From NCBI GenBank assembly GCA_964188305.1, contig OZ076897.1: DNA of 64,000 bases. One strand, 5' to 3'. Source of the stretch: Podarcis bocagei. Taxonomy: Eukaryota. Positions 12,600-25,966 of this stretch are shown here, piece by piece. How positions within the stretch are numbered: position 1 is the stretch's first letter; every line of letters starts with the position of its first letter. The notes under the pieces are model-generated. The model ran no database searches. It was not told the DNA's origin and saw nothing but the letters and a program-made list of their open reading frames with translations. Position numbers and translations under genes: made by a program.

Positions 12600-13001
12600 T
12601 ATTTGTCCATCTAGTTCAGAATTGTCTATACAGTGGTACTTCGGGTTAAGTACTTAATTCATTCCGGAGGTCCGTTCTTAACCTGTAACTGTTCTTAACC
12701 TGAAGCACCACTATAGCTAATGGGGCATCCTGCTGCCGCTGCACCACCGGAGCACAATTTCTGTTCTTATCCTGAAGCAAAGTTCTTAACCTGAAGCACT
12801 ATTTCTGGGTTAGCGGAGTGTGTAACCTGAAGCGTATGTAACCTGAAGCGTATGTAACCCGAGGTACCACTGTACTGACTGGCAGCAGCTCTCCATAATA
12901 TCAGGCAAGACAGTCTCTCCCAGCCCTACCTGGAGATGCCAGGGATTGAATCTGGGACCTTCTGCATGCAAAGCAGATGTACTACCACTGAACGACAGCC
13001 C
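12600..13001 (-). mobile_element. tRNA-derived SINE split by a TA-MITE
   Basis: gtccatctagttcagaattgtcta|ctgactggcagcagctctcc...ggaccttctgcatgcaaagc is continuous once 12631-12872 and one TA are removed. Confidence 0.85.
12631..12872 (+). mobile_element. Tc1/mariner (pogo/Tigger-like) MITE, family A
   Basis: TA|cagtggtacttcgggtta...taacccgaggtaccactg|TA; repeated taacctga motif; six copies in the window. Confidence 0.93.
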
Positions 13002-13998
13002 TGCGTGCCTGAACTTACACAAACCTGAGAATTCTCACATCATTGTGCTCTTGACCTCAGACCCTGTACTCCAAGATGTAGCATTTTCTCAAATTCTTAC
13101 CAGATGTATTTGACGGCCAATCAGCTCAGTGCCCACGTGCCTTTTGTTGCAATGCCAATCAGCACGTGCCAATTGGCGGAACACAAAGATGGAGGACTGT
13201 TGTCAGGCCAAATGCTTCCTAGAGCCAGCTGGATGGTTTTCAACGGCCCAAGTTTTAAAATAAGAGGGGCCAAAGCTCATCAGCTTCAGGATCATACAAT
13301 ATTTTGTCATGTTTCCAACTCCACCAATCACCATGCCATTCGTTCACTAGTCATCGTAGCTGTCGTCACACAATCAACACAGGGGACAATACACATAGAG
13401 AATATAGGAAACCTGGCTATTTATTTATCAGGAGATCTCTGCTTTTACCCCTATCTGCGCTGAGTCGTGTTTGCCCTTGCTTTTCCAGACAACTTGGGAC
13501 GCGTGGCTTGGCTTGAAGCTTTTCCCCACTTAAAGAATCAGTTGTGCAAACTGATGCATCTTAGGGCAGCAGACTTTTAGACCCGGGAATGCTGATGGGG
13601 ATGCTTTTGAGCATGTGTGTGGTGCCCTTCCCAGAGCTGTGGACAGCCCTCACAGTCATCTGAGTCAAAGGGTGGAAGCTTCCAGGGCAGAGGGCACGGC
13701 TTCGAGCTCTCTTGCACCTCACACTTTAGACTAAGCATCCGACGGGCCCTGAGCTTGTATGACTGCTTTGTAGTACATGAATGTGTTCCTGCCCGCTAGC
13801 ATTTAGCACTGGAGTCTGGAAGCATTTCTCTTGGAACTGACTCATAGAGAAGGAATGGTGATCTCAAAGTCACACAACAAAGCAAGAAGCACATTGCAAA
13901 AGGAGGCTGTCCGATTCAGCCCATGAATATAGAGTGTCTCTATAACTCTAGGAAATACGAGCGCAGCTTCTGTTTGAGACTTGTGTGTAACGGAGTAG

Positions 13999-14000
<2 letters not shown>

Positions 14001-14031
<31 letters not shown>
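14001..14031. repeat. (AG)15 microsatellite
   Basis: Perfect dinucleotide run. Confidence 0.97.
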
Positions 14032-14036
<5 letters not shown>

Positions 14037-15069
14037 ATAGGTACACTGTCCTTTGAATGGTTTCAGCAAGATGCTTTAGTTTCAGTAAACGTTAGTGCTG
14101 AGCCATTGAGAACTTTCAGCTCAAAACGGGGGGGGGGGATGAAATTGCTCTGAGTTGGCTAATTCATGCGAGTAATGCTCTTTCAATGTTCACCGCTGCG
14201 CGCATGCCACCTTGCAAATTTACGTCCTCCTTCAGTTTGCATTGGGCTGCTCATGAAGCAATGGGCAGCGACAAAAGAGTGTGTGTACCGTTTCCTTCTT
14301 CCCGTGTCGCAGGTAATGAGGACCCCGTCGCATTAAGACAGTCAAGACGGTCTCTGGCAGAACGTGTTGAGCCAAGGTGTTTGGGCCTGCATAAAATTAA
14401 GCCACAAGCGAAACACTCATTTCTGACAGCAGATTTATAATAGGAAAATCCCAGCAGGAATGAGGCATTAGAACCCCCCACTTCTTGGGGTTTTTTTCCA
14501 TAAACTTCACCTTGATTTAGTATCTCAGGCAAGTAGCAGGAAAAGCTAGCAGCAGAGGTAACCCTATCATCTTTTCTGCAAACAGCACCCTTCCATTTTC
14601 TTGGCTTCCTCATGCTGCTAATGTGAATTCAAATCATCTGTGTTTAAGGTTAAACCCAATGATTGACAGAGCTTTGTAGTCACAGTCCAAACTGAAGATT
14701 ATTCAAGATATCTATCAGTTATTACTACAAACCCAGTATGACATTCAATACCTAGAGCGAAAATTGTTTTTAACAGTGTAATGTCTGAATCTATTTTGGA
14801 GAACTATTTTTAAATAAGGAACTAAGCATAACCAGGTGGCTAAAATCCAAACACAGATTTTGCATTTGAGGAGGAACAGGGAGGGGAGATACAAACACAC
14901 AGTTTGAAAGGTGTTCCTTGCAACGAGACCTCAGTGGAAGATACAGGGAAGCAAAGGAGGAGGGTTTCATTTTGATTCTAGGGTATGTAGTTTAACTTCA
15001 AAGTTAGGAAGAACCTTGGGACGAGAACTTGCTTTGAATTTCACATTTACTTCTAAGGTCACACCCACA

Positions 15070-15215
15070 GCATACGTTCATAGCACATTTATACTTCCCC
15101 CACAAAATCCTGGGAACTGTAGTTTAACTCTCACGGAGCTACAATTCCCAGCACCCTTAACAAAACACAGTTCCCAGGATTCTTTGCAGGGAGGAGCCAT
15201 GGCTGTTAAAGCAGC
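15070..15215. repeat. Quasi-palindromic interspersed repeat (MITE-like)
   Basis: aatcctgggaactgtagttt...aacacagttcccaggatt inverted arms; related copy at about 39795-40010. Confidence 0.6.
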
Positions 15216-15819
15216 AATGTTCCTCAGGTGAAAATAGGGACATTTCTCACTCACCCCAACCTTCATTGACCTCCCCCCATTTTTTGTGCCCCCAGCACAG
15301 CATTTCCTGTCAGAAGGGCAAGTACCATCACCGCTTCACCAATGGGACACAGCACATACTTAATCCCAATTTTATTTTGGGACACACACACCAATAATAA
15401 ATTTTGGAAAGGGAAAAGATTAGACATGGATGCACAAAACGTTTTTTTTTAAAAAAAAAAATCCAGACTCCTTGCGCTCTGCTCCCCCCGTCTTCCCTCC
15501 CAGGGCAGCCCTGCCCTCTGCCTTCCCATCAGAGCCGGCACATCATGCAGGGCTGGGTTTGGGCGGTGGCACCCTCTCCTCCTCCTCACCTGCTCTCCAG
15601 CATCTGCTATGAGCTGCCCAAGGGAGGAGGCCGACAGTGGTGACGATGGGGAGGCAACGGGATGCTCTCTCACACCACCTGCAGCTGCCACTGTCCTCCT
15701 TCCTGAGTGCGGCGGCCGCAGCGCTGGTGGGCGGGAATGCAGACATTCTAATCAGAAGCCAGGATGGCTTTCCTAATTCCGGGACCGTCCCTGGAAAATC
15801 AGTACACTTGGAGGGTATG
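15215..15819. mobile_element. Degraded non-autonomous DNA transposon (hAT-like ends)
   Basis: Left gaaaatagggacatt, right ccgggaccgtccctggaaaatcagtacacttggagggtatg, GC-rich interior; ends resemble squamate hAT-type elements recalled from memory. Confidence 0.45.
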
Positions 15820-16960
15820 TAGGAGTACTTTAAGCATATGGCGTGGATATAACCCAACACCCAAGTCTCTCTGTGCCTTCAGAGGCCTAGTTCTCACAGA
15901 GGCGGTTAACCTGTGTTCTGGGTTGTACGGTTGCAGATGGAGTCTCTAATGATTGAGTGCTTCTCAAAATCCCCCAACACAGAAAACTAGATTTCAGGGG
16001 GAGAAGGCTTTTGGCCATAACATTGTATGTGCCACATTAATATTCTATGTGGAGGGGTGTTTTTTTTTTGTTTTTGTTTTGCCTAGTGTCACTCCAATGA
16101 GCAAAACCCAGCTGTGGTCCAAAGTGGTACAGCCCAGGCACCAATTTATGGCCTCAGTGAGGACGACGCCAAAGACCACTTCTACAGTGTCTGTGCCTGA
16201 TGTACACCCTTTTGTGGAACTACAGTATTGTATTGATTCTCATCAAATAAGCTGCAGCTGAACTGGGGTGGGTAGGGGAGAAGCTGAACCGCGATGTTAA
16301 GGTGGGAAAATTATTTCTCAAGCTTTTTACTGAAATCTCAAGGTCAGGGAGTGAGAAAAGAAAGGTGAATTTCATCTGGAAAGCGCAGGGAGGGGTAACA
16401 GCCCGCCACCCGGAGAAAGGATCTTGAGAGTGTTCGTCTGTCTTAGTTTTGATGTGATGCCTGTGACTGCCAGGTTCTTAGTGGCCTTTCCTGAAGCTTC
16501 TCTAATCAGTGGCTGTCACTCTGTGCTATTAGCAAGGAAAGGGAATTGCAAAGGGGAGGAAAAACAGTGATCTTTTAAAGAGAGTGGGAGAAAGAGAAAG
16601 TGATGGGGAGGGAGGGAATTCAAAGCAACTAACCATTCCAGTCACCTGATGCCAAAAGCAATAAATGCATTAACAGCTTGGCCAAACCTAAAAGTCATGA
16701 AAGCTTGCCGATTCCATCAGCAGAATAATTTTTCAAAGTATATGTGTAAACCCAGGAAGAAGCTTTCCCCCCTTGGTTTTCCTTTTTAAAGTGTTGGATT
16801 GAGAGACAGTGCGCAGAGCAGGGATACTTTGGAAAAAGGACTAAAAATGTGAAGAGAAAGATCTTCCCGTTTATCAAGTTTTCATTTTTCCACATGCAAA
16901 CAATGAAAGTCGGGAATATTCCGAGCCAAAAAATTAGTGTGAGGAAGGGAGAAAAAGAAA

Positions 16961-16964
<4 letters not shown>

Positions 16965-17010
<46 letters not shown>
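16965..17010. repeat. (GA)23 microsatellite
   Basis: Perfect dinucleotide run. Confidence 0.97.
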
Positions 17011-17011
<1 letters not shown>

Positions 17012-17532
17012 GGGAATGTGTTCCATGGATCTGTGGAGAACCACATAGAAACATATACAGAAAGAGAAGCCGTAGCGCCGAGCATTTCCTGACCTCTTGG
17101 CTCAGAATCTAAAAGAAGGCTCCAAGGCGAGAAGCATGAAAGAGCTTACACAAGAAACCATTTAGAAGTGCAGCTCTCTGCCTCGTGAGGACCACAACAC
17201 AGAGGAAATGTGCTGTGTAGGAGTGCGCTCCTCCCACTAGGAAATGGTGGGGGGGAGAGACTGGTAATGCCATCATGTCACGGAAAGATTTTTCAGCCCG
17301 ACCTCTGTGCCCTAGAGACACTGGAAAAACTGGGCAGATTGAGAGACAGCCATTGTGTTATCAGGGAAGGATTCTTAATCCTGGCCGTATATAAAAAATG
17401 TGCAGTGGTTTATAAACAAAGGGAACGTGTAGTGGGTTTTGTTTTTTAAGTTTCAGGTTCTCACGCAGTCCTGTTTTCAAGATTGCAGAGGTAAAAGCAG
17501 TGGCCAAATCCTACCAGCTCCCAGCACAGGAG

Positions 17533-17712
17533 GAAGGGCCACAGCTCAGTGCCAGAGCACGCGCTTTGCATGCAGAAGGTTGCAGGATCAAAACTCAGAA
17601 TCCCCAGGCAGGGCTGTGGGAGACCCTGGGCCACTGCTGCCGATCAGTGTAGCCAGCCCTGAGGGAGACGGAGCCATGATCTGACTCAGTATGAGGCAGC
17701 TTCCTATGTTCA
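17533..17712 (+). mobile_element. tRNA-derived SINE (same family as 3075)
   Basis: gggccacagctcagtg...tttgcatgcagaagg...ctgactcagtatgaggcagcttcctatg. Confidence 0.8.
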
Positions 17713-18118
17713 CATATAAATGTCCCAGCACTGGTCTGAGGAGGCGATGTTTTCTCAGCACAGTAACACAACCTCAGTCCAAGCACGGACATAAGCAGCA
17801 GTGTCAGCTGTTCGTCATCCAAGGGCATTATTTCAAAAGGGAGGGCAAGATTCTCAGCAGGATTCTAATCTGAACGGCAGAATTCAGACTGTATTCTAAG
17901 AGCACTGGCTCTGGGTACCTTTTTATACTTTATAATCAGGGCTTTATTTCAGTCAGAATTCCCCGGTGGGCACCGTTGCCATTCTAAGAGAACAAGGGAA
18001 GTGTTCATAGTGAAAAATAGCTCTTATAATACTGATAACGGCATTAACGAGATGGGCCAAAGATATCCTCCCCTTTTAATGCAAAAGGATATATGTGCTT
18101 TTTGGGCACTTGCATGTA

Positions 18119-18534
18119 CAGTGGTGCCCCGCAAGACGAAATTAATTCGTTCCGCAAGTTTTGTCGTCTAGCGAATTTTTCGTCTTGCGAATCACGAAAT
18201 CCCATAGGAATGCATTGAAAATCAATTAATGCGTTCCTATGGTCAAAAAAAGTCCAAACAAAGCCAAATTTGGTACAACAACAGTTTATTAACTGCTCTT
18301 TAAAGTCACGCATACTGTAAAGAGCAGTTCAAAAATTGAAGGGAAAATAAATTAACTTTATAAACAAAACATGTCTTTGTTTTTAGACAAAGGAAACAAA
18401 GCCGCGAGACGTTTTCGTCTTGCGAAGCAAGCCCATAGGGAAATTTCGTCTTGCGAGGCAAATCGAAAACGGAAAAACCTTTCGTCTAGCGAGTTTTTTG
18501 TCTTGCGAGGCATTCGTCTTGCGAGGTACCACTG
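18119..18534 (+). mobile_element. Tc1/mariner MITE, family B
   Basis: TA|cagtggtgccccgcaagacgaa...ttcgtcttgcgaggtaccactg|TA; repeated cgtcttgcga motif; shares both ends with 41712-42073. Confidence 0.92.
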
Positions 18535-18964
18535 TAGTACATCGTCTTACCCTTCCCTCAGGGCTGTATTACACATTACATTAGCTATGTAGCTGTGTCT
18601 GAATCTGCAGAATTGTGTCTGTGCATGCACAAAAAGCCCAATTCAGACCGGACTATCGGCGTGGGGCATATCCTTAACTTTCCACTGAGGACCCAATCTA
18701 GATTGTGAGGCTTGCACCTGCAATTCGCATTGAAGGGAAATTCCTGTTCACTTCTATAGGAACTTATTTTCCTTATGCAAACTCTCACCTTCCCAATCAA
18801 GACTGGAACCACAGCAGAGGTAAGGGGTTAATACCCTCAGCAAGTTGATGCTAAGAAGTGCAAGTTTTTCCCAAGGAAAGGGTTTCTTAATTCCTAAACA
18901 CAAGGGGCTAAATAAAACATTTTGGCAGTTTAAGAACCTGTTGTGTAGGCAATTTTAAAAGAAG

Positions 18965-19305
18965 TCATCATGAAAATTCTTCAGCATTGTAGTGTGAATT
19001 TCTCCTGGTATACACAAATTGGCATGCAATTTTGCCTACCTATATACATGTTTTTGCAAAGCAATTTCCCCACAATACATGTTTGTGTGTTACTTACACT
19101 CATTTATGCATGTATATGCACACCTTACCCTAGTATTTGCATTCTTGTACCCATTACATGGCTGGAGAACTGCACTGCCAAATTTTGAGAAGGGTGAATT
19201 TTGAAGGATGGCTGTATTTCAGTTCACTTATTGTTTTGAAAAGTGCAAATTAGGTAAGGTCACCTTTAAATATGAACCAAATTAAATTTCTCCTTCATTC
19301 CTCCC
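18965..19305. repeat. Interspersed repeat (same family as 11030-11221)
   Basis: Shared cacaccttaccctagtat...gaaggatggctgtattt...aagtgcaaattaggtaagg block. Confidence 0.65.
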
Positions 19306-20175
19306 ATTCTAAAAATGGCATTGCTATACCACACAATGATCTGGAAGTCAGGCAGGAAACAGGCAGGAGAGGTCCAAGTCACCTCTGAACAGACTCTTCC
19401 CTCTTGTTTGTGGCTGCCCTTTGCTCTTGTCTTTATGGTTCGGAATGCACACTGGGAAAATCTACGAAAAATAATGGCAGATTTCAGCACATCTGTCAGC
19501 TCAGTGTTTTGATCAGCATTTTGAATTATCAGAATCATAACATGTGACCCAAATGTGATGAGAAGGATCAGATTTCAGCAGTTTTGATAGCTAGCACAAG
19601 TCACAAAATTATATACAGTATAAGCCTTTCTTAGAAGCTTGGATTACAATGTGGATATCACTGTGGATTCACTGTTGATCGCTCATACAGATAGGCAATG
19701 CCATTTTTTATACCCTGTGTGATTCAATCTGTCTATATCCCAGTTATTTAAGGTAGACACAAGCCATTGACAATGCTAAACTATGAAAAAGTAGCAATCA
19801 ATGAGAAATCAGAAGACCACAAGGACAATTCCTTCTCTGTGATCATTTTTCAGAGCTGGAACTAACCTTAAACTCAAATATTATGTCTTTTTCACCATAT
19901 ATCTGAATGCTTAAGGCAGGTTATGAACCAAAAGCAGGTACCAACCCACCTGTTGAAGACTAATAGTATACAGTACTGAAAAGGAGGTTTCAGTATGACT
20001 ATATGAGTGCAAATGCCCTAGGCTAAACAAATTTCAAAACTCATCTCCCTTCTCCTTCCCATCTCTGTCACAGAAGACTTTGAGGACACATCAGTAAGGA
20101 AACTTGACAATAACTTTATTATCTCTCTCCAACAAGAACAGTAACAGTAAGACTCCACCTAGCTAAAACTAAGTC

Positions 20176-20210
20176 TAGTGCCACCTAGTGACTAGCCTAT
20201 AGAATGGCAG
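20176..20210 (-). promoter_or_regulatory. Candidate CTCF site with upstream motif
   Basis: Minus strand CTGCCATTCT-ataggc-TAGTCACTAGGTGGCACTA; core one mismatch from CCACTAGGTGGCA, upstream module at the usual 5-6 nt spacing. Motif match only. Confidence 0.55.
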
Positions 20211-20994
20211 TATCCATGCAACCTCCATTATCCACTCTCTGACATGTCTACCTAACACAATCCCTTCAGTCGTAACTGGGTAAAGATTTGATTAATATTT
20301 AACAACAGTAAGTCTCTTCCAAGCATGTTTCATTTTAAAAGAGAGACTATTGGGGTGTTTTAATCATAAAAATGCTGAGCATTTAAGACATCCTCCCCCC
20401 ACTCAAATCAGTGATTCAGCTGGAATGAAATACAACTCGGTTTTCAAACATTTTGGCATTTAATTCGATTTACTGCTAAATTGATAGCTAAAATGAAAAC
20501 AGATTTTCTAGTCCTGTTGCCATGCACAAGGATGGAAGTGGGATAGGGAAAGGAATGATCAAGTTTTCTCTGAATTAATTTTGGACGTCTTTGGATATTT
20601 CCCCCACTCTGTTTTTTGCCATTGCCACAACAAACAAACAAACAGTGGTTATTAATTCAATCTGGGATCTATTTTCGGCCAACATGCTGGTGGCCTTTGG
20701 TGGATGAAATGGGCGAGTGGATGAAATGTTATGCTAATCAGCGCATTTGTTACTGGCTACAGCCGAAAGAACAAAGGAGGAGGGGTCTGCAAGGCTGAAT
20801 TGCCCACTGGAAACAATTTGGAAGCTGCTTCTCCCCAGCAGACCAGAGACTGTTCCACATTATACAACTGAACTGGGTTCTAGGGTACCATTTGGACAAC
20901 CAGCAAGAAAGGAGCAGATGAGAGGAAAGAGATGATTGGCAGTGAAAATCCAACAGATCGGTGGCTACATTGGATCCACTAGGAAAGGCTAGAG

Positions 20995-21130
20995 CAGGCA
21001 TAGGCAAACTCAGCCCTCCAGATGTTTTGGGACTACAACTCCCATCATCCCTAGCTAACAGGACCAGTGGTCAGGGATGATGGGAATTGTAGTGCCAAAA
21101 CATCTGGAGGGCCGAGTTTGCCTATGCCTG
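20995..21130. mobile_element. hAT-type palindromic MITE with 8-bp TSD ggctagag
   Basis: caggcataggcaaactc...gagtttgcctatgcctg; TSD at 20987-20994 and 21131-21138; same family as 6729, opposite orientation. Confidence 0.93.
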
Positions 21131-23637
21131 GGCTAGAGGAATAGCATACTAGTAAAGAAAGCCCTTTTTGCACAATGCATAAACAACCTGTGGAACTCAC
21201 AGCAACTTGATGTGATGGCAACTCATTTAAATACTGGGTCTGCTCTTAGAGACAGTATAGTATTGCAAGCTGCAAAGTAACAACTGAAAAGGGATATTGC
21301 TTCCATACCCATTGGTGACTCTCCCTGAGCTGTCAGCCCCTGGCCACAGCTGAAAGAAAGGAGGCAGCACAAAATGGGCCAAGGCAAATCACACATTCCT
21401 ACATTCCTAACTAGGGCAAGGACCCAAAGAGTTGCTTACACTTGCGCAAGAGCCCAGGGATTAAAATAAAAATAAAGACCCATCCCTTTGAACTGCTGAA
21501 TTGCACACCCCAACACCACTTGCAAATTGCTTTTGAAACAATGATCAGTGCACCGTTTTTCATTTTGTGGGTGGTGGAGGTTGCCATTTGGGTCTAACCC
21601 CACCCCTTGGATTCATGGATCTTGTTTCAAGGGTCTTTGGGTTCTGGCCCGAGTCAAATGAAGAAACAAACAAGTGGGAAAGAGGAAGAGCAGAGTAAGG
21701 AAGACTGACATAGAAAGGAGAAGGCTTTACACAGTAGCAGGAGGATAAAAGGATTACAAATAAGCAGTGCTTTTTTTGTTACTGACTGGGCCATCCAGAG
21801 TGCTGATCCATTTCTTATTCCAAAGTAACGTTTCCCTGATTGCAGATTATCACTATTACTCTTATTTTTTGGTAGAGGAAAAAACCAGACATCTTAGCAG
21901 TTGCCAAGACTGTCATAAATGTGTCATCGTTCACCAGTATTCATTTCATTTGAATTCAGTTTTCTAAAAACATTTGGTTTTGGTGAGCATCCCAGAGTTC
22001 AAATGTTTTCTCCAGAACTTCAAAAGACTTTATGCCAATCTATGTTCTGCAAATGATGTTGAGAAAAAAATATTATTTTTTGTCAAATTTCCGGAACTTT
22101 TAGGTTTCGTCCAAGACTGAAATAATAGTGGGTTTGGGGGATTATTTTAGCCTTATCCAAGTGTATAAACAAAAGAAAGAGGGAAAGGGGGCGGGGAATA
22201 ATGTTAACCGGGCTTATAAAAATATTTTTTAGATTGGGAGGAGGGAATCAGACCAGTTGTCATTGTTGTTTTACCCAGAGCTGCTTCTTATTACAGCCAG
22301 GTTTAACAAATTTGGTGGATAACTAAGGATTCACAACAATTGTGGCAATGTTGGTTCACTGAGAAAAAAATCCAAAAGTAGTGATGAGTTAATATTTATT
22401 CTAAAGACCACCCAAAAAAGGGGGAGCAAGTTGCCAAGCTCCATAGAACCGTTCTTTTGGCTAGATGTTAACCCCGAAAAACTCCAACAAAGGAGAGGGA
22501 GTGAAATGGATGGGATGATAGGAAATTCCCCAAGTCTGCAGTCCGTAACAGCCTTAAGATGATGTGCATTAGTTATTTTGCAGACTTACAGTGCAGTCTT
22601 CTACATGCCATCTCAGATGTTCGATGAGAGATACTCCCAGGTAAGTGTGTTTAGGACCCAAGTCTCAATTAGGTTAAATTGTACAAAGCAGATTTCAGAT
22701 TGCACCTGAGACAATCATCGTTGTCCCTTCTTTGAAGTTTTAAAAGTCAGCAATTATTTCCCTCTTGCTCCAGCACAAAGCAGGTCACAAGATTCTGCTT
22801 AGCTAGAGAAAAATGCCAGTAAGCTGCCAGTTCATCAACTTTTATGGTGTTTTAGTTCATCTGTAATCACGGTATCGTTACTATTGGACCTGTTTTAAAA
22901 ATAGTGACATTACCTCTGTAACACTCCCATGATTAATTTTGGAATTCCACTCACAACCTAAATGACAAGATGATAAACAGATGCTACTGTGTTTCAAGTT
23001 CATCAGTGGGGGGGGGGAGTCAGGAAGGAGGGGTGTTTACAAAGAGAAGCCCAGCGGTAATTTTTTAAAGAGTAGCAGGGAAGGTTTAATATGCAGGAAA
23101 AAACAAACAAGCCATCCTCCCTCCTCCACAGTTTGTTAGCTCCAGAAATATTCTGAAAAGAGGGACTGCATGGATGTCCCATATTTGGGGAAGGGGTCAC
23201 TGGAGCTAAAAAGTGTTATCCTCACATGCAGCTAAACGTGACAATAGTAGCTTCCCATCTCCCCCAGCTTGGTTCAGATTGAGACTGTAGAACGGGGTGG
23301 GTGGAGATAATAATCTTTTTTCCTTCATTTTCCCAGTTACATTTGCCCTTCCCAGAGCAAATCTTTTGTCCTGCACGGCAAAATGTACAGGTAACGAGAG
23401 TTCACACACACACCAAAAAAAACCAGTTAAGGCAACCATGTGTCTTACTTCAGAGGATAGCTCTTGATGTCCAGTATAATGTTAGAGACCTCTAAGAAGG
23501 GAGAGCAGGAAGGGCCATGAAATTGCCCATCAAGCAGTTGGATAGCAGACTGGGCAAGTACACAAGTCACCTGGTCACAGCCTTCCCCGCTATGGCGAGA
23601 TCTCTATTTCAATTATAAGGCATTCTTCCTAGTTATA

Positions 23638-23879
23638 CAGTGGTACCTTGGGTTAAGAACTTAATTCGTTCTGGAGGTCCGTTCTTAACCTGAAACTGTT
23701 CTTAACCTGAGGTACCACTTTAGCTAATGGTGCCTCCCGCTGCCGCTGCGCCGCCACCACGCGATTTCTGTTCTCATCCTGAAGCAAAGTTCTTAACCCG
23801 AGGTAGTATTTCTGGGTTAGCGGAGTCTGTAACCTGAAGCGTATGTAACCTGAAGCGTCCGTAACTCGAGGTACCACTG
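23638..23879 (+). mobile_element. Tc1/mariner MITE, family A
   Basis: TA-flanked cagtggtacct...aggtaccactg. Confidence 0.93.
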
Positions 23880-25896
23880 TACTTCCAAAGGCAGCCAGCA
23901 ACCCACCTTTCCAGTGCTGTGGTGCATCAGCTTCTGCTTCCAGCTTGCGCTTGTGACACATACAAGCACATCTGCACCCTCCAATATACACACATGCACA
24001 CACACACGTACACGGAACATTCTGCTTGGCATTGTCCAATGGAGTCTGATTGATCATCTGCACAGGAATGCAGACAAAGCATTTGTGAGAAAAATAATTC
24101 AGAAATCAAAGCACCACTTGCAGGGGATTAAATTACATCATAAGAATGCTAGATGAGAGACTGATGGTAAGAATGATCCAAGTCCTTTATCTATGCTTAG
24201 ACCAAGTTTAAAATGTAGTCAGCTACACTGTGTTTCGGAACAAACAAAGCACTACTGGGGGTTTTTAAAACCAAGCACTGACACCCACCTTGCCCCCGCC
24301 CCCCAATTAGCCCTATTATTAGGAATACCATTTCAACTAAAATATGTTCCCCGGAGTCACTGACAACTACATACTTAATCTTTGATATTCGTCCCATTGA
24401 TTCTTGGCAGAATTATAAAACAAAAGGAAGGAGAAAAATCTAAATCTGCTCTGAGTAGGCTTCTACAAACAATGGCTTTCATCTCGGCTCCAAGGAAATC
24501 CAGATCAGGCGTTGGAACCGACTCTCTTGCTGCTGATGCTAGCAATCATTTCAGACTTGCTTTCGCCTTCCAGAACATTTCTAGAATCTTGTTTTTACTT
24601 GCATTTGGTGTTGCATTCTCCTTATAACAATTTGTTGGAATCCTCCTTCCCCCAGGGGAGTGTCGTTGCCCATTGGCCAGCGCTGCTCTTTCGCTAGCCA
24701 ACAAAGCGCAGCCGCCAGTTTCCATTCTTTTCTACTCAGGGGCATAACATCCCTTTGTAAGGCTAGAAATCATTTCCTTATTGCATACGATACATTTCAC
24801 TGGCTCGATGAAGCCTCTAAAGGGAATAAAGCTTAGCTTTATTTGGGGCTTTAGAAAGGAGCATAAGCGGTTGTCTTCAAAGTACTGAGGCCGGTATATT
24901 TAAACCTCTTAAATGCCCCTTGCTGTGGGGTACATCCCACATTTGTCTTGCTTTATTATTATTATTTTTAAAAAAATCTGCCCCACCTTCTTCAGTGAGC
25001 TTTGCAAGGTCCCACCTGCTCATACCTTAACCTCTGAACAATTGGCGAGCAGGTGAGATTCTGCTAAGTGTGGGTATCCCTCTCAAGCAAGGGACACTTG
25101 AGAACTATGAGCATTGTAATCTGCTTAAGGTGAACCAATAACTTTGTTCTTGGAAGTGTCCCACCAAAACAAGCCCCACTGATACAGAGCTGGCTTGAAC
25201 CAGCAGGATGGCTTAAGGAATTAACTAACTCTCAGGTGTGCCAAAGTGGAGGTTAGTAAATCATTATGTTATATAGAGTTTGTTTTTTTAAAATGTATAC
25301 ATTCAATTAGAACAGGGGTAGCCACCACACCGCCACCAATTGTTGGACTCTCAACTCCCATCAGCCCCAGAGAGCTTGGGCAATGGTTTAAAATGATGGG
25401 AGATGTAGTCCCAGCAATATCTAGAGGGCACCACATTGGCTACCGAGTGCTGGTGGGGGAATCTGCCAAACTTGGATTCCAAAGCAAACTCACCTAATTC
25501 AACCTAGGCAGATCATGATCCAGATTGGATCATGGGTCCACTTCGGAATCCACAGTCCTATGGATTCCTTCGTACGGAGGTCCAAGGGCTGTAGTGGAAT
25601 GGCCATTCTACACATACACACACACACCCATGAGTATCAGAGCATCATTAAAGTCCTGTTATTCCTAGGGGGACTTGCTATATTTGCATTCAAGGCACAT
25701 GGAAGGAAAGAGCCCTGTTTTTCTTTTCTGTCACACTACACTCCTTGGCTACTAAGCATGCTCACTTTCCCTGGCCTGGATTTTCTTCATTTTGTTGTTG
25801 TTTTGCCACGTCAGGGTTTTTTAATGGGCTGTGTTTAAAAAAGAAACCTGCAACCTTCAGGGTTCTCCCAAAAATACTGCCATATTCCTATTGATC

Positions 25897-25966
25897 CTAG
25901 AGTGGCTGGGGAAACTCAGCCAGATGGGCGGGGTATAAATAATAAATTATTATTATTATTATTATT
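25897..25966 (+). mobile_element. L2 extreme 3' end with (TAT)n tail
   Basis: agagtggctggggaaactcagccagatgggcggggtataaataataa(tta)n, matching the tail of the young L2 at 55726. Confidence 0.85.

Noticed and set aside
12631-12872. Regularly spaced taacctga repeats as a CRISPR-like array
   Set aside because: They are subterminal repeats of a MITE present six times with the same intervening sequences.
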